Shown piece after piece: positions 26,043 to 39,754 of a DNA stretch of 64,000 bases (positions within the stretch are counted from its first letter, which is position 1; each line of letters opens with the position of its first letter). Source of the DNA: Vezdaea acicularis (taxonomy: Eukaryota); NCBI GenBank assembly GCA_026025075.1, contig JAPEUI010000012.1:1-64000 (forward strand), read 5' to 3'. The position numbers were made by a program, and so were the translations under genes. Below the pieces are notes generated by a model, which saw only the letters and a program-made list of their open reading frames with translations, had not been told where the DNA came from and did not search any database.

Positions 26043-27196
26043 ATGGGATGATGAGTGCATTAAAGCCTCTTTCTCGTAAGTTTCAAGGCCATGTCATTAA
26101 ATTCTCGCGTACCTCGACATGGCTCGAGATACATAAACGTTACGCCTATAGACGTTGTCTACAGCGGCAATCTCAAAGACGACTAGCGCATGTACCAGCG
26201 GAGGATCCCAACTTTACCTCCATAATAGATAATCCACCCACCTTGGTCCGAAGCGGGAGACAACATGGACCAGGCCTTATCATACTAGGTGGGTCAGGCG
26301 TAAGCAAAGCATAAAATCGTCTGCTAACTAGATTTATTAAGCCCTTATACCAATTACGGCCTTTATCCTAGGGAGCTGGCAGGTCCAGCGCCTAGGCTGG
26401 AAGACCAAAATGATCGCAACATTCGAAGACCGACTTGTCAAAGATCCCTTATCGTTGCCACCCCAGATTGATCCAGGTGCAATAGCAGAATTTGACTATA
26501 GGAGAGTCCAAGCCGCAGGTCATTTCAATCACGATCAAGAGATGTTAATCGGCCCAAGAATGCATGATGGTACCGATGGGTATTTGGTTATTACACCTCT
26601 ACAACGGGGTGGGGATGCGACCAAGATCTTAGTAAATAGAGGGTGGATATCTAAGAAGCTAAAGCGGCAAGCTGACAGGAAAGAGGGATTGCCGACTGGG
26701 CAAGTGAAAGTGGAAGGCTTATTACGCAAGCCGTGGTCCAAAAATATCTTCACTCCGAAAAACAAGCCTGAGCGTGGAGAATTTTACTTTCCAGATGTAG
26801 AGGAAATGGCAAGAGTATCAGGGAGTCAGCCCGTATGGATAGAACAGACAATGGGTTGGTCGCATTTTCCGATATCTTTGGACTTTTTTAACCCAATATC
26901 CAGCACCTGATCTACTCATGGCTTACAACAGGGAGGCAAAAGGTATTCCTATTGGAAGGCCGTCCGAAGTCAACCTTCGGAATAACCATGCACAATATAT
27001 CTTCACATGGTAAGACGCGTTGACTCTCTTCACAGTCCACATGAATCTTCGACTAGCCATCTCGGAGCGCCCCTGCTGACTTGGTTTTTTCAGGTATGGA
27101 TTGTCGGTGGCGACAGCAATAATGTTGTGGATGGTCGTGAAAAAGCCTCCTGCAGAAATTGCACGTAGAGTGAGACAAAACAAGGACTGGCAATAG
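26043..27196 (+). CDS. SHY1: SURF1-family cytochrome c oxidase assembly protein (start ATG uncertain, 26006-26051)
   Basis: LGSWQVQRL.WK, FDYRRV, GYLVITPL, ILVNRGWI, LRNNH.QYI.TWYGLS. Confidence 0.93.
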
Positions 27197-27212
27197 ATCC
27201 ACCTAACCCATT

Positions 27213-28987
27213 TCAATCATCTTCTTCCTCATCGACCGCTGCTAAGACGCGTCGCTTGCCGGTCCTAAGATTAGGACCCAGCGCCATGCGCATATCTTGG
27301 AGAAGTTCTCGCGGTAGATGCCGCTGAGCAAGGGAGAATGGCGTAGTGGTAGCACTGGTCTGTCGTTGCCTAGGATCATATATAGTATTAGGCAAGCAAC
27401 AGAACTGACAGGTTCATAACTTACCTTCGCATCAACATAGCCATATCACCTTCATCAATGGTCTTTTTATGCGCATGTCGAGAATAGGAGGCCAAGTCGT
27501 CGCCTATCTGCTGGAAAAAGAGGTCTGAAGCTTGCTCAATTGCTGTGATCGCCTCTTTACTGATTATCGTTTTGCTAGTACCACAGCCCCTTCCGAACCT
27601 TGAAATAAGTCGTTTAATGACTGATGTGGGAAATTGCGGATACGGTATCCCATGCGTGGAAATCTTTATGCCTTTTCTCTTGACTGTGTCGCAGCTTTCG
27701 GCACTTTTCGCTGGCTTCTTTGCAGGTGCCTGCGCCTCTGCTTGTGGCGATGATGCAGGATCTATAGAATTGGTCGGGATAGCGAACATGAAAGTTGCTT
27801 CATCGTAATCATTCGGGTGTATTACATTGCGAATATCGCTCGTGCGACCAGTGCTCTGCTCGGCCAATATACGGTGTAGGTCTTCAGTGGGTGTTTGATC
27901 ACTATGGTATTCATCAGTAAGACTCAGGTATACATGTGACTGTGTGACAGACTCATCATCCATCTCGGCATCCTGCTGTCCCAGGCCTTCATCATAGACT
28001 CCAAATTCTTCAGGCATCCAAGTAATTTCTTCTTCCCTCTCCAGTGCAAGACCTTGTGAGAGATCGTCAAGGTCCGCAAACCGATCAGTCATCAGCACAC
28101 TGCCAAAGCTGCCATTTGAAAGCCTCCCAAAGGGCTGCTCACTCGTCGCCCTCCTAGGAACCTCCACAGATTGGAGCGTGTGGTTCTCGTCTTCCAAAGG
28201 GATGGATAATATAGGGGGGAGATGAAAGCTATCACCCTCGTCATATTCGATTCCTAAAGACATCCTCGGCCGTATTGGATCTGGTTCATTTTCAAGATCA
28301 TCATCTGCAGAAGTACCTTTTAGTTGGTACTGGGCTGGGTGAGGAGAGCTTTCAGTGACATTCGTTTTTTGAGCCAATACTTTCAACTCTATCAGCAAAT
28401 GTAGCATGCATCCTTCAATGTTATTAGATACGGTTTACCTCGGCTTAGATTCCTTAACACATCTCGGGGTGTCTCGCGCTGTAGACGGCCGCTACGTCTT
28501 CTATCTCTTCCAGGTGTGAGTGCTGCAGCCCGTCTTTGTTGAATAGCCCGCAAAGCATGAGGGGTAGTTGGCAAAGTCCGCTTTATTGGAGTTGCGCGAA
28601 GAGGCATCATTCTTGACGCATTGGGCGTCCTGTTCTGCGCTAAAGTTGTACGCCTGATCGAAAGTCTTCTGGTCGTTATGCCAGTGCTTGATGCTCTGCG
28701 AAGTGGGGTAGCGGGTTGGTGGATCAGCCCAGCAAGCTGACGAAGCTGCGCATAATTAATTAGATGGCAGTCAGCTATGGGCTCCATATTATACTCACGC
28801 TGGCATATGGTGTCTCCTTAGCTTCGTCAGAAAGTGTCTCGCCTGCAAAGGAGTTTCGCGGTGTCGTGCGAAGATGGCGTTCTGTAAAACCCGACTTAGG
28901 ATTTGTACCAAGACTACGGAACGTCTGATCAGCCATGGTGAGAGGCTTCCGGTTGCTTCTCCGAAGCTTCTCGGAGGGTGATGTCAT
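27213..28987 (-). CDS. Kinetochore protein CENP-T/Cnp20 (C-terminal histone fold)
   Basis: TPGRDRRRSGR.QRETPRD.LRNLSR; S.HGIPYP..P...KRL; ASD.FFQQ...DL..Y..HA.KKTIDE.D; FSLAQRHLPRELLQ. Confidence 0.85.
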
Positions 28988-29259
28988 ATTTTTGACGCGT
29001 ACTAATTAAGTCGATGTGGGAGGTTGAGACTGTAGAGATTTGGTGAAATGTAGGACTGTCTCGCGTGGTCGTAGCTGATGTAAACACGGATGCAAGCACG
29101 CTGGTCCCGCGATAGTGGAGACGAGAAACCCCAAGGGTAGGGACTGGCGTCCCCAAGCATGCTCCTCTCTGCTCATTCGCTTTCACAACAAACAACATCT
29201 ACTTGCCTTCAAATCTACACTGCTAAGTTATCTGATAGGCAGCCTGTGGCTTTGATACC

Positions 29260-30388
29260 ATGACTACGTTGGATCTGTTGGATGGCATATTAGCTTCAAG
29301 TGACGCTGCAATCCCTATATTAAGATCAACACCAAGGCAACATTCAAATGGACACAAAAGGAAACCTCAAGAAATAAGTCAAGGTGATACGAGTAGTCAG
29401 CAAAAAAAAAGAAAAGTCGTTAAGAAAGATCTACACGAAAACATCTTAAATGGTATAAATAAAGGTATAGGAAAGATGGACGGGAAATTGCTTGCAGATT
29501 ATGTAGCACAACGAATGATCCAAGTAGAGTCGAGTTTGAGTGCAATTGAATCACTTGATAGGTCCGTTCCTGGTAGGTTCTCTTGCAAGATAGACCCAGA
29601 CTCTTCATCTCGAGACTATAGCTCCATGATCGAGCGACTCATGATCTTTGTAAAGAGTCCATATTAGAGGGTAAATCGCTAATATCTCACTTTTAGGGAG
29701 AGCAATACAAGACACGTCCTCCTGGGAAAAGCCGAGGGATCTGGCGAACTTTTCGGCCTTCTTAGAACGCTTTACTCCAGGAAAGGTTCCCCTTGAAGTT
29801 CTCACCACTACGCCCAAGGAAAATGGCTCTCCGCATACTTTAGTTATCACTTGCGCTGGGTTACGCGCAGCCGATTTAACAAGGTATGTGCAACCTAGCA
29901 CGGGCTCTGCCTCCTGCTCAAGGTCCTAAAGATAGCAGGGCTCTTCGAAAGTTTCAAACAAAAGATGCCACGGTGGCTAAACTTTTTGCGAAGCATATAA
30001 AGCTTAAGGATGCCGTTCAATATGTGAAACGAGCTCGGTATGCTCCGAAACTGAAATCTAAATCAGACATGACGAGGCAACTAACCAAAGCCTTAGAATA
30101 GGAATAGCAGTTGGAACACCTCAGAGGTTGGCAGATCTCCATCAAAATGGTCCGCTATAGACAATCGAACAACGCTTTCGAGCTGAACTACTGCTAACTA
30201 TCACAGGTGCTTTAACGCTGTCGAACTTAAGAAGAATAGTAGTTGACGCATCTTATGTGGACCAGAAGCGCCGAGGCATCATGGATATGAAGGAGACATT
30301 AACACCACTCCTGACTTTCCTGAACACAAAGGAGCTGAAGGACCAACTTCTCACATCGGGTGAAGGTGTGGCGCTCATGTTCTACTAA
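29260..30388 (+). CDS. CMS1: U3/90S pre-ribosome protein Cms1 (CMSS1)
   Basis: GSPHTLVI...GLRAADL.R, VAKLFAKHIKL, IAVGTPQRL, IVVDASYVDQK.RGI.DMKET. Confidence 0.88.
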
Positions 30389-31320
30389 AAAATTGTTGCC
30401 CCCTATCACAGGATGCTCCGCTTAATCACAGGTAGAAGACCCGCCGTCGCAGGACAGATTTCTCCATATATACAAGCTTCCACTGCTTGTAATCCTGTTT
30501 CATTTCGTGACTAATATTGCTCAATCCTACACCGCCTAAACACCAGACCAGTGACAGGATACCAATTGATCAGGAACAAGTTTCTTCAGACTCCCCCGAG
30601 CTAGCGAACCACTATCTGAAAGCAAATGTAGACCCCTTTCTCCACTAATATCTCCGTATTTTCTTTAGCGCTTCGTCCATAAGTCGATGAAGAGATTTGT
30701 CATCCCGTTGGATCTCCTGCGAAGTCTCTGATCTTAAAGGGCCTTAACATCCCAAGCAGGTCATTTTCCCCCACCTTCCGGCTTTCCCCACGCTAGCGAG
30801 GACACACACTTCCCAATTTGGCTACTGTGCCTGCCGCACCTTCCTTTCCATGCTGCTCTTGTCACTCCCCTCCTTTCTCTCGCCGGTCTCACTGCTTCGC
30901 ACTTCCTTCCCTCGCGGGATTATCCACGGTCAAACTCCACTTACGCTCTTTTTCTTGTCGTCCGCACTGACAAATTTCCGACATTGTCCCCAGACCTGAC
31001 CTCACCAAATTAGAACGGTGCAAGCCATATCGCAGCCAGATCTGTGGCCCTATCTCTTTCATTTGGTCCTGATTTGTTAAAGGTTCAACCGCTCGCAGAG
31101 CTGTGTCTTTTCAGCTAACCTTCTCTATCAGACTCTGTACCTTGGGCTCTCCGTCCTCCAGGGCCCCATCATACACACTTCTCAGCCGGTCGTCTCTAGT
31201 CGTTCGTTCCAACCAGTCTAACAGAAGCTTGACCGTTGAAGTTAGAAGAGACATTGAACGTCATCCTCAGCGTCGTCAGATCAAGATCTTTTTACTTCTA
31301 CAAGATTATTTCATTTGAAG

Positions 31321-32057
31321 ATGAAGTTCACCGTTTTAGCTACCATTATGGCTACGCTCTTGCTTCTTAATGCTCCCGTAACGGCTGAGATTGTTAATGG
31401 CAACAGTAAGTCTCGCTTGGCTACTCGCTCATGCATATCATTTTCTAATCTCACATAGACTGTGCGGACGTGTGCTGGGGAAACTCGTTGTTTGTGACAA
31501 GTTGTGGTGACCAGATAGACTGTCTGTGCCATGACATGGAATTCCAGACGGTAAATCTCTCTCTTACCAACCTGTGTCACTGAAACCTTCCCTTCAATTT
31601 TCTCGAGCCCAGCTAAAAATTTCAGGCCGTCTACAGATGTCTCTCGTCCCAATGCAAAACAACTCACTTCGGCTCAGCACTCTATGAGATTCTCTCAAGG
31701 TGTCCAGTGAACGACTTCCTCGCTCTTAGCCTTTCACCTCCTTTGATAGCTCACGACAATCTACGAAAGAGAGAGAACAATTTTTCTTTGTTTGGGTCCG
31801 CTTCTATTTCCGGCTCTTCCCAGTACTCTGGCTATTATCGATCTGCAAGTGCCTCAGCTTCAGCATATTATCGGTACACTAGAAGCGTCCCCCGTGGCTC
31901 AGGCGATGGTTCACTCGTGAGGTCTACACAAGCTCAAACTGCTAGGAGCACTGCTCAGTCCTCTTCCCCCTCCTTAGCAATCATGACGACGGCCGACTCG
32001 ACCCCAATGGTTACAACTGCTGCTTTGGAAACGCCTAACCCACTTCTTTCAACTTAG
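31321..32057 (+). CDS. Small secreted CFEM-domain protein with Ser/Thr/Ala-rich tail (3 exons; not in the ORF track as a whole)
   Basis: Exons 31321-31405, 31459-31550 and 31626-32057 give a signal peptide plus NCADVCWGNSLFVTSCGDQIDCLCHDMEFQTAVYRCLSSQC...SRC, i.e. 8 Cys in CFEM spacing. Confidence 0.8.
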
Positions 32058-32987
32058 CTTTCGAGATGCTTCTCTCGTCCTACTCAAGCACGTAGAATTT
32101 GATTCACTCTTTAATATCTGGTTCTCTTCAGTTCTGTCTGCTCTGCTTGATCGATTGCATGATCTAGCACAACGTTACAGAGACTCACAAGATTCAATGA
32201 CAGAAGGTTTCGCTCTTTGACACCCAAAGTTGGGAGGTTCAGTTTTCAGGCTATTCCCGTCGAGAGCCAGGATCAAATCGTACGAGTAGTACTTTCAAAG
32301 CTAGACACACCACCAACATTTCACATGACCCCCTCTCTCTATTCGTTTCTTCGCCTTCAAAGAACAGCAGCTCGAATAATCCTAATCTTGAGCTTGCTAT
32401 TTGATACTGAAGGGATTTGTCGGTGGGACTTTCGCCCTTTCCATGTTGAGGAGCTCGACCATTCAGAGGCATTCGCAATTCACCTTTCCGTTGTCGGAAA
32501 AAGCTGCACCACACTTCATATTCATTTAACAGATCAAGCATTCCTCCATGTCTTGACGAGTATAGACTTACTTTGCGACTTTGCTGGTGCGTTGCAGTTA
32601 CATAGAATCAATCGTTGTTATCCCAGAACTGCAACGAGGACCGCATGGAGGCTCCGTTGGATCCTCGTAGCTGTGATATTGTCCAAACCGCACGTCTAAT
32701 GCCCTTAGATCTTGGTATGGACAGATCATTGGTGAATAGAATTCGAACCTCTTTTGCTTTAGTCGCTTCTAAGTTACAAATTTTAATGCAAGGTACCGAC
32801 TACTTCTCTCACTCATGTTTTCGGGTAACCTCAAACCATGATATCTGCGGTGAACGCTAGATGTATACTTGCACGTAGGTTTCCTGGTGGTGTTCCGTGC
32901 GGAACATTTTCCGCTTCGTATGCGAATAAAATCTACGAGAGTTTAACCCACTAAGCTTTCAAGCAATTGAATGAGAATTCGCCCTTG

Positions 32988-34169
32988 ATGAAGGCGAAGT
33001 CTTACACCGGCGATGTTGCGCACTCTTTATCAAAAAGGAAAGAAAGGCAACGCAAACGCAATGAAGCTATTGACGATCTTCCTGAGCAAGATCGTATAGG
33101 ACCAGAAATCGCTAACACCACAATTTGGGCAGCTTCAAATGAGATCGAGGGATCGAAAATAACACCTGGTCAGAAGCAAAAAGCAATAGCTAGGAAATCT
33201 GAGCTTATTGCTGCTGAAGATGGTGAGATGCACGGAAGTTCTAAAAGACGGAAGCGAAAGCGGACAGATGAACAGACTAAAACAGAAGATGCCTCAGATC
33301 TGCGTGAAGATGTACGTAAGATAATAGCTCGAGAGAGGAGAAAGGAATCCTGACAGTATGAAACTGAAGAAACAGAAAAGGCGCGAAACGTATCCACAGA
33401 AAGGCAACGCCGCACCGTCATGTATCGAAGAGGAAAGGCTCCAGGAACGGGGGAGAATAAGTGCACTTGGGTGGGTAGAAGACGAGGGAAAGAATACGAA
33501 GAAGAGGAAGGGCGAGGCTGAGTTAATATCAAAGTCGAGGAAACTTAGAGAAAAGACAGAATGGAAGGAAGTCTCCAAGGGAGTGAAAGAGCAGGATCCG
33601 GAACAACCGCCAAAGAAATCGCAAAGGTTCATTGTTTTTATCGGTATGTTTCATCTTTATCAAGATTGGATATTGTCTCACGATCCCTTTAGGGAACCTC
33701 CCGTTCACTGCGACAAATTCTTCTATCATCAAGCACTTTGCCTCTGTTTCACCAAGTTCTGTTCGCCATCTCACTCATAAAGACAAACCCGACAAGTCCA
33801 AAGGCTTCGCGTTCCTAGAGTTCGATGCATACGACAGAATGAAAACCTGTCTTAAGCTTTATCATCATTCTCAGTTTAATGACGGCCTATCCCCCGGCAG
33901 AAAGCTAAACGTTGAATTAACGTGAGCTCCCCAGAGGCTATGATGGCACGCTTATTAATTGTTACTACAGCGCTGGTGGTGGAGGTGCGAAAAGCGACTT
34001 GAGAAAAACGAAATTGAGGGAGAAAAACGTGAGGCTGAAAGAGCAACGTCAACGGCGCGCTATAGAAGAAGAAAGATTGAAGCGTGTGACAGTATCCGGA
34101 GACTACGCTGACGAAGCTGATAGTAGCCACATACATCCTAGTCGACGTGGTATAATGCGGGCTCTTTGA
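32988..34169 (+). CDS. Nucleolar RRM protein, Nop6-like (5' exon structure unresolved; may start at 33358)
   Basis: RFIVFIGNLPF, KSKGFAFLEFD, RKLNVELT|AGGGG, C-terminal IHPSR; K/E/R-rich N-terminal region. Confidence 0.75.
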
Positions 34170-34583
34170 AAGAGAGGTTTTTGCGCATCTCTGCAGTCTT
34201 GATAGACTATGTAAGCTCTCACCGAGACGTAGGGATCTCAAGTTACAAAGTTATACCTACAATCTCGTGATAGTCGTGATCTCCAGCAAGATGGAACATA
34301 TTAGCTTTGGGGAGATCGCTCTATTGGAGCGCTATGCAATATTTACAGAAATGCATGATATTCAGCAGTCAACAAAATCCCGCCACAGAGTGAGCGGTCA
34401 CCAAACACCTTCGGACATATGATCTATATCCAATCCAATGGATGAATGCGACAAATCCACCAACAGGAAGTGTCCATGCCATGACCATGATCCATAAAAT
34501 ACTGCGATAACCAGTATTTCCATATTGTGACACGTTTCCATCAAATACCGCTTCATACTACCTCTGTAGTGTATCAGCATATA

Positions 34584-35462
<879 letters not shown>

Positions 35463-37252
35463 CTTCGAGATCTATATGTTGGTTGTAAAAGCTGAAAACT
35501 ATCAATGAGTCCTTAAAGTGCAAAAAGGGTCGAAGTTGAGGAATCGGCAACCTGCATGAAGCTTGGATACAACGACGTGCCGTAGGTGAATTGCGACCAG
35601 GATGTAGAAGCGAGACTGAGCTCCAGCTTAATTGGAAAACCTTATCCTTTTCGGATGGCGTTAAGGCCAAATTTCCCATAAATGTTGTGATGTCACGTGC
35701 TTTGCAAAAGAACCCAATCAATTGATGCTTACAGATGCTAAAAAAATCAACAAATTGAGAGATAAAAAACTTTTGGCCTACAAGTATCTTTAAAAAAATT
35801 TTGATTAGAGATTACAACTTGAACAGCAAATAATTCAAATGTCTTCAAAAATTTGGTTCAGATATTTCATTGAAATTTTTCTGCTAATTTTATGCAGTTT
35901 GTATCTCATATTTAAAATTTTTTAAAATATTATAATATTTTGATATATTTTATTTAATGAAAATATATGCACAATATTTACTCAGAAGCTGAGATCTAAT
36001 AAATCAAATAATGTTTGCATCTTATCTACAATGCTACCGCAAGTTGAAAAAAAATGAAATGAGCAGATCATTAACACTTATCAATTGAATCATGATTAAA
36101 ATATTAAATAATAATAACAATATTCAATAACAATATTAATAAATATAACATATAAGCACAAATCAATATTTTATTTAAAAATAATATAAAATTTAGGCAT
36201 ATATGTAAAGATAAGCAGATTAGCTACTCCTAATTTTAAGAGCGTAATAGACTGTGCGTTGTTTGCATCCCGCCTGCAATGCCACTATGTGTTTAATAAG
36301 TTATGCAAATAAGCAAGTCCACAACCATAGTTAGCAATGTCATTGCACAATACAAGAACACAAATATAGTAGTATAATTATAAAACGCTGTTGTAGTTTT
36401 CTCAAGAGCTTGCCGGCAGAACTATAGCAGCCAAGTTTAAACATCAAGTATGATATACAGATTTGATTATATTTTTATAAAATATTTATCACTATTTACT
36501 GTTAGTATCTAATACTGATACTAATATTAATGATAATATAATATAACGTAAACTACATTATATCTCAAGATACTATATTATATTTACAAATCAATTGCAC
36601 TTAATAATTTTTTATAAAAATTCTTGCAAGCTAAAATGTCTGATTATTAAAGATGTATTTGATGCTTACATTATTTTTATTTAATAATTATGCTTGAATT
36701 ATTACTTTGAAATTTATTTTAACTTTTTTAATTTTTGCTAATAAATTTTATCATAAACACTTGTTTGTATTTTTATAGGTTCATCATATAATTAACAATT
36801 TTAAAAAAATACGCAATTGCTTTATCAAAAAATGTAGCAGAATTATAATGACAAATTTAATAAATTTTATTTAGCTGATTTTACTTGAAAAAGTTTGATA
36901 ACCTGTTTGAGTATTTTAACTATTTTGATAGTTTAATTATCAAATATTTTTACACATAATTAAAAATAACATTCATATTATTTATTTCAAAATAATATAT
37001 ATTTTGGAAAAAAAACACAATAACTATCTTTAAACTTAAGAACATGATAGGCTAAGCAATGTCTGCCTTTTGCTTAAGATGCTATTAGATGTCCAATAAG
37101 ATTATAAAAATAGGTATGAGTTTTGTTCCTATTTTGAGAGCATAACAGGCGCACAACATTTTCTTTTGCTTACAACAAGACATACGTAGATTATGCAGCT
37201 ATAATAGTAAGATATAACAATATATAATAGATATAACAATAGATGATAGATA

Positions 37253-37629
37253 TGTAAGAGCGCGGTGGCATCTGCCTAGGGCGCACCGGCGCATTCTAGA
37301 CGGCTGTTCTCGCTTAGATGCCGGCGGCGCTCAGGGGACGCTTAGTCAGTGCGCCTCATATATATATATTGAGTCGGGCCCGTTAGGGACGCGGCATCAA
37401 ATAGTCTTGTCCATAGCTAGTTCTTGGAATCTATTCATGTAATCGCAGTTTATTCGTGATATTGCTATATCGCTATATCTCTATAGCCCTGTGACACCAC
37501 TAGCTATCGCCGGCGGCCCGCCTACCCCTATATCTTATTAAACAGGCGGTGATATTGCAGGCGGGCCGTAAATGGCGCCGGCCTACCACGCTCTCAGAAT
37601 CAGGGGCAGCTATCGTGCCCGTCCTTACA
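37253..37629 (+). mobile_element. Solo LTR (377 bp)
   Basis: TGTAAG...CTTACA termini; flanks AGATA/GGATG are consistent with a 5-bp TSD altered by G>A. Confidence 0.72.
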
Positions 37630-37652
37630 GGATGTAACAATAGATGATGGAT

Positions 37653-38393
37653 TGTAAGAATGGGCACGAGCTCTACCCTTTTCTTGAGAGCGTGGCAGGC
37701 GTACGGCGTTTGCTGTCAGGACACAGGGCGTTCTGGCATCAATACGTCAGGGCACAGGGCGTTCTATCAGTAAGCGGTGTTTATGAAAAAGCTGTTCTAT
37801 TTATCTAGCTAGGGGATTCATCTATATATAATATAAGGACAGGCCAGTGCTTTGTCAGAGAGCGAGAGTCTGTAGGCGTGTGAGCTAACTCTTAAGGACT
37901 CAAAAACTTGCAGACGAAGATTAGGTGCAGTGATAATAACTGAGGCGAGGCAAGACAAGGCAAGGCAAGATAGGAGAAAGATCAGACGAAGCAAAACGAG
38001 TGTCAGGGCATGGGGTGTCCAGACACTGCAAGGACAAGGCATCCTGGTAAGGGTTTATGATGAAAGAGTTGCATTGTTTCTATCTAAGAGGATACGCTAT
38101 ATATATGGGCCATTACGTGCCCAGTCACGACTGCCCGGTCAGGACAGCGCGGTAAACGCTGTCCGTTGTAGGGCAGTCGCATGCCTTATAGCGCTGTCCC
38201 TATGGGCAGGCGTTATAAGAAGGCTGTGTCTGTTAGTATATAGCGTACCTGCTCCTGCTCCTATAGCTCATCTGCCCCTATTCCGCTGTCCCACAATTGC
38301 TGCCCCTAGGCTAGACTTTAAGCAGCGCTCATCTTGCTTAGCCTGCCTAGCTCTGCTGGCGGGCCACTGAGAAAGCCACCGCGGCGTCTTACA
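37653..38393 (-). mobile_element. Related solo LTR (741 bp) in the opposite orientation
   Basis: TGTAAG...CTTACA termini; flanks TGGAT/TGAAT (5-bp TSD with one G>A); both ends resemble the reverse complement of the 37253-37629 ends. Confidence 0.72.
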
Positions 38394-39754
38394 TGAATAT
38401 AATAAACATAGATACATATAATCAATTAAGCTATAAAACAAGGTATATGCTAGCTATGATATATAAAATTATTTAATAACAAGCTCACAAAATAGCGCTA
38501 TTAAAGATATTTAAAAAAAAATTTGATCTTTATTTTTTTCAAGCTAGATTTTAAATAGAATTCATTTAATTTAGCCGCCATAGCTTTGCAAGCAAGTTTT
38601 AGCAAAAGTTATAGCGGTTTTTTACATTATAGCTAGCATATATGATGCTTCATATTTTTATTCCATAGTCTACTGAATAATATTATCATATCTATTATCA
38701 TATTAGTATATCTAATTATTGCAGCTATATAACCTATGTATATCCCGCTAAACATATGTTTTCTTACCATAAGCAGAATGTAAGGCGTTATACCGCTGTG
38801 ACATTTTTAGAAAAAAAGCAAAACTTGTGCCTGTCCCTATACATATAGACTATTAAATAATATTTTATATTTATTTCTATATTATTATATCTAACTACTG
38901 TAATTCTATAGCCTGCGTACGTCTTGCTGAGCATACGTCTCTTTGATAAAAGCATTGTATGTCTGTCATGCTCTCAAAAAAAGGATAAACTTGTGCCCAT
39001 CCTTATATTAACTCTATGTTAAATGCTAGGAGGCTAGACAAAGCAGAAATAAAACTGAAGCAGAGCTAGGTTCCCTACTCCTTATCCACCCTAAAGATTT
39101 TAATATGAATTGAAGACTAGTACAATCATTACAGTTTCATTCAACATGCAGTAGCCCCTCATAAGCAAGGTGCAGACGTTGCTTAATCTGCTGGCGCACT
39201 TAAGTACAAGGATAGTTATTGTGTCTATCTTTACGCGGATGCAGTTGTTCCTTTTATCCTGGCAAACAGACGCCGCTGCTTCTTATTCTCGCTATGCTAG
39301 AGCAATATGTCTTGTTGATGTGTCTATCGTGTTGGTATATCCACTACCTAAGCAAACGCGCAAGGTGGTTGGTAGGGCCAGGTAGACAATAAGCATCTTG
39401 ATACAATTAAATGACAATCTTGCCCAGGGGAAACCCTTGCTTGTGGATTGCATCACATGAAATATATAACAAGAATTTTTTTGGGGAGGAGAGGGAAACA
39501 TGAGCCAATTAATTTAAATAATGCCAGTGTCTCTCTGAGTTCAACTTCTAATGTTTGGGTAGTTTATCGCGATAAATCAAGCCAGATTTGATGCTGTCAC
39601 TTAACCCAATCTAAAAGGTGGAAAATGAGCAAGTCTCGATTCGCCGCGTCATTCCGAAGAGGCGTAGTGGCGCCGTTCACTGTCATTCTCTCACACCTAT
39701 AGCCACGAGCGATAAATTCGAACGGCATGATTAAAGCTTCATTCTGAGCACAGT

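Larger units (their letters stand above)
35720..39150. mobile_element. AT-rich, RIP-degraded transposon island
   Basis: Abrupt drop in GC, TpA enrichment, no credible ORFs, several diverged copies of one LTR terminus. Confidence 0.85.

Noticed and set aside
32217..32860. ORFs downstream of the CFEM gene
   Set aside because: No motifs and non-ATG starts; probably 3' UTR or intergenic
35720..37050. Centromere or organellar insertion as the explanation for the AT-rich block
   Set aside because: Too short for a regional centromere, flanked by intact genes, and no mitochondrial gene motifs; RIP explains it
37818..38370. ORFs inside the AT-rich island
   Set aside because: They fall within a solo LTR and show no gag or pol motifs
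39563..39576. 14-bp perfect palindrome tttatcgcgataaa upstream of RGD1
   Set aside because: A single palindrome of this length can occur by chance in 64 kb; no further support
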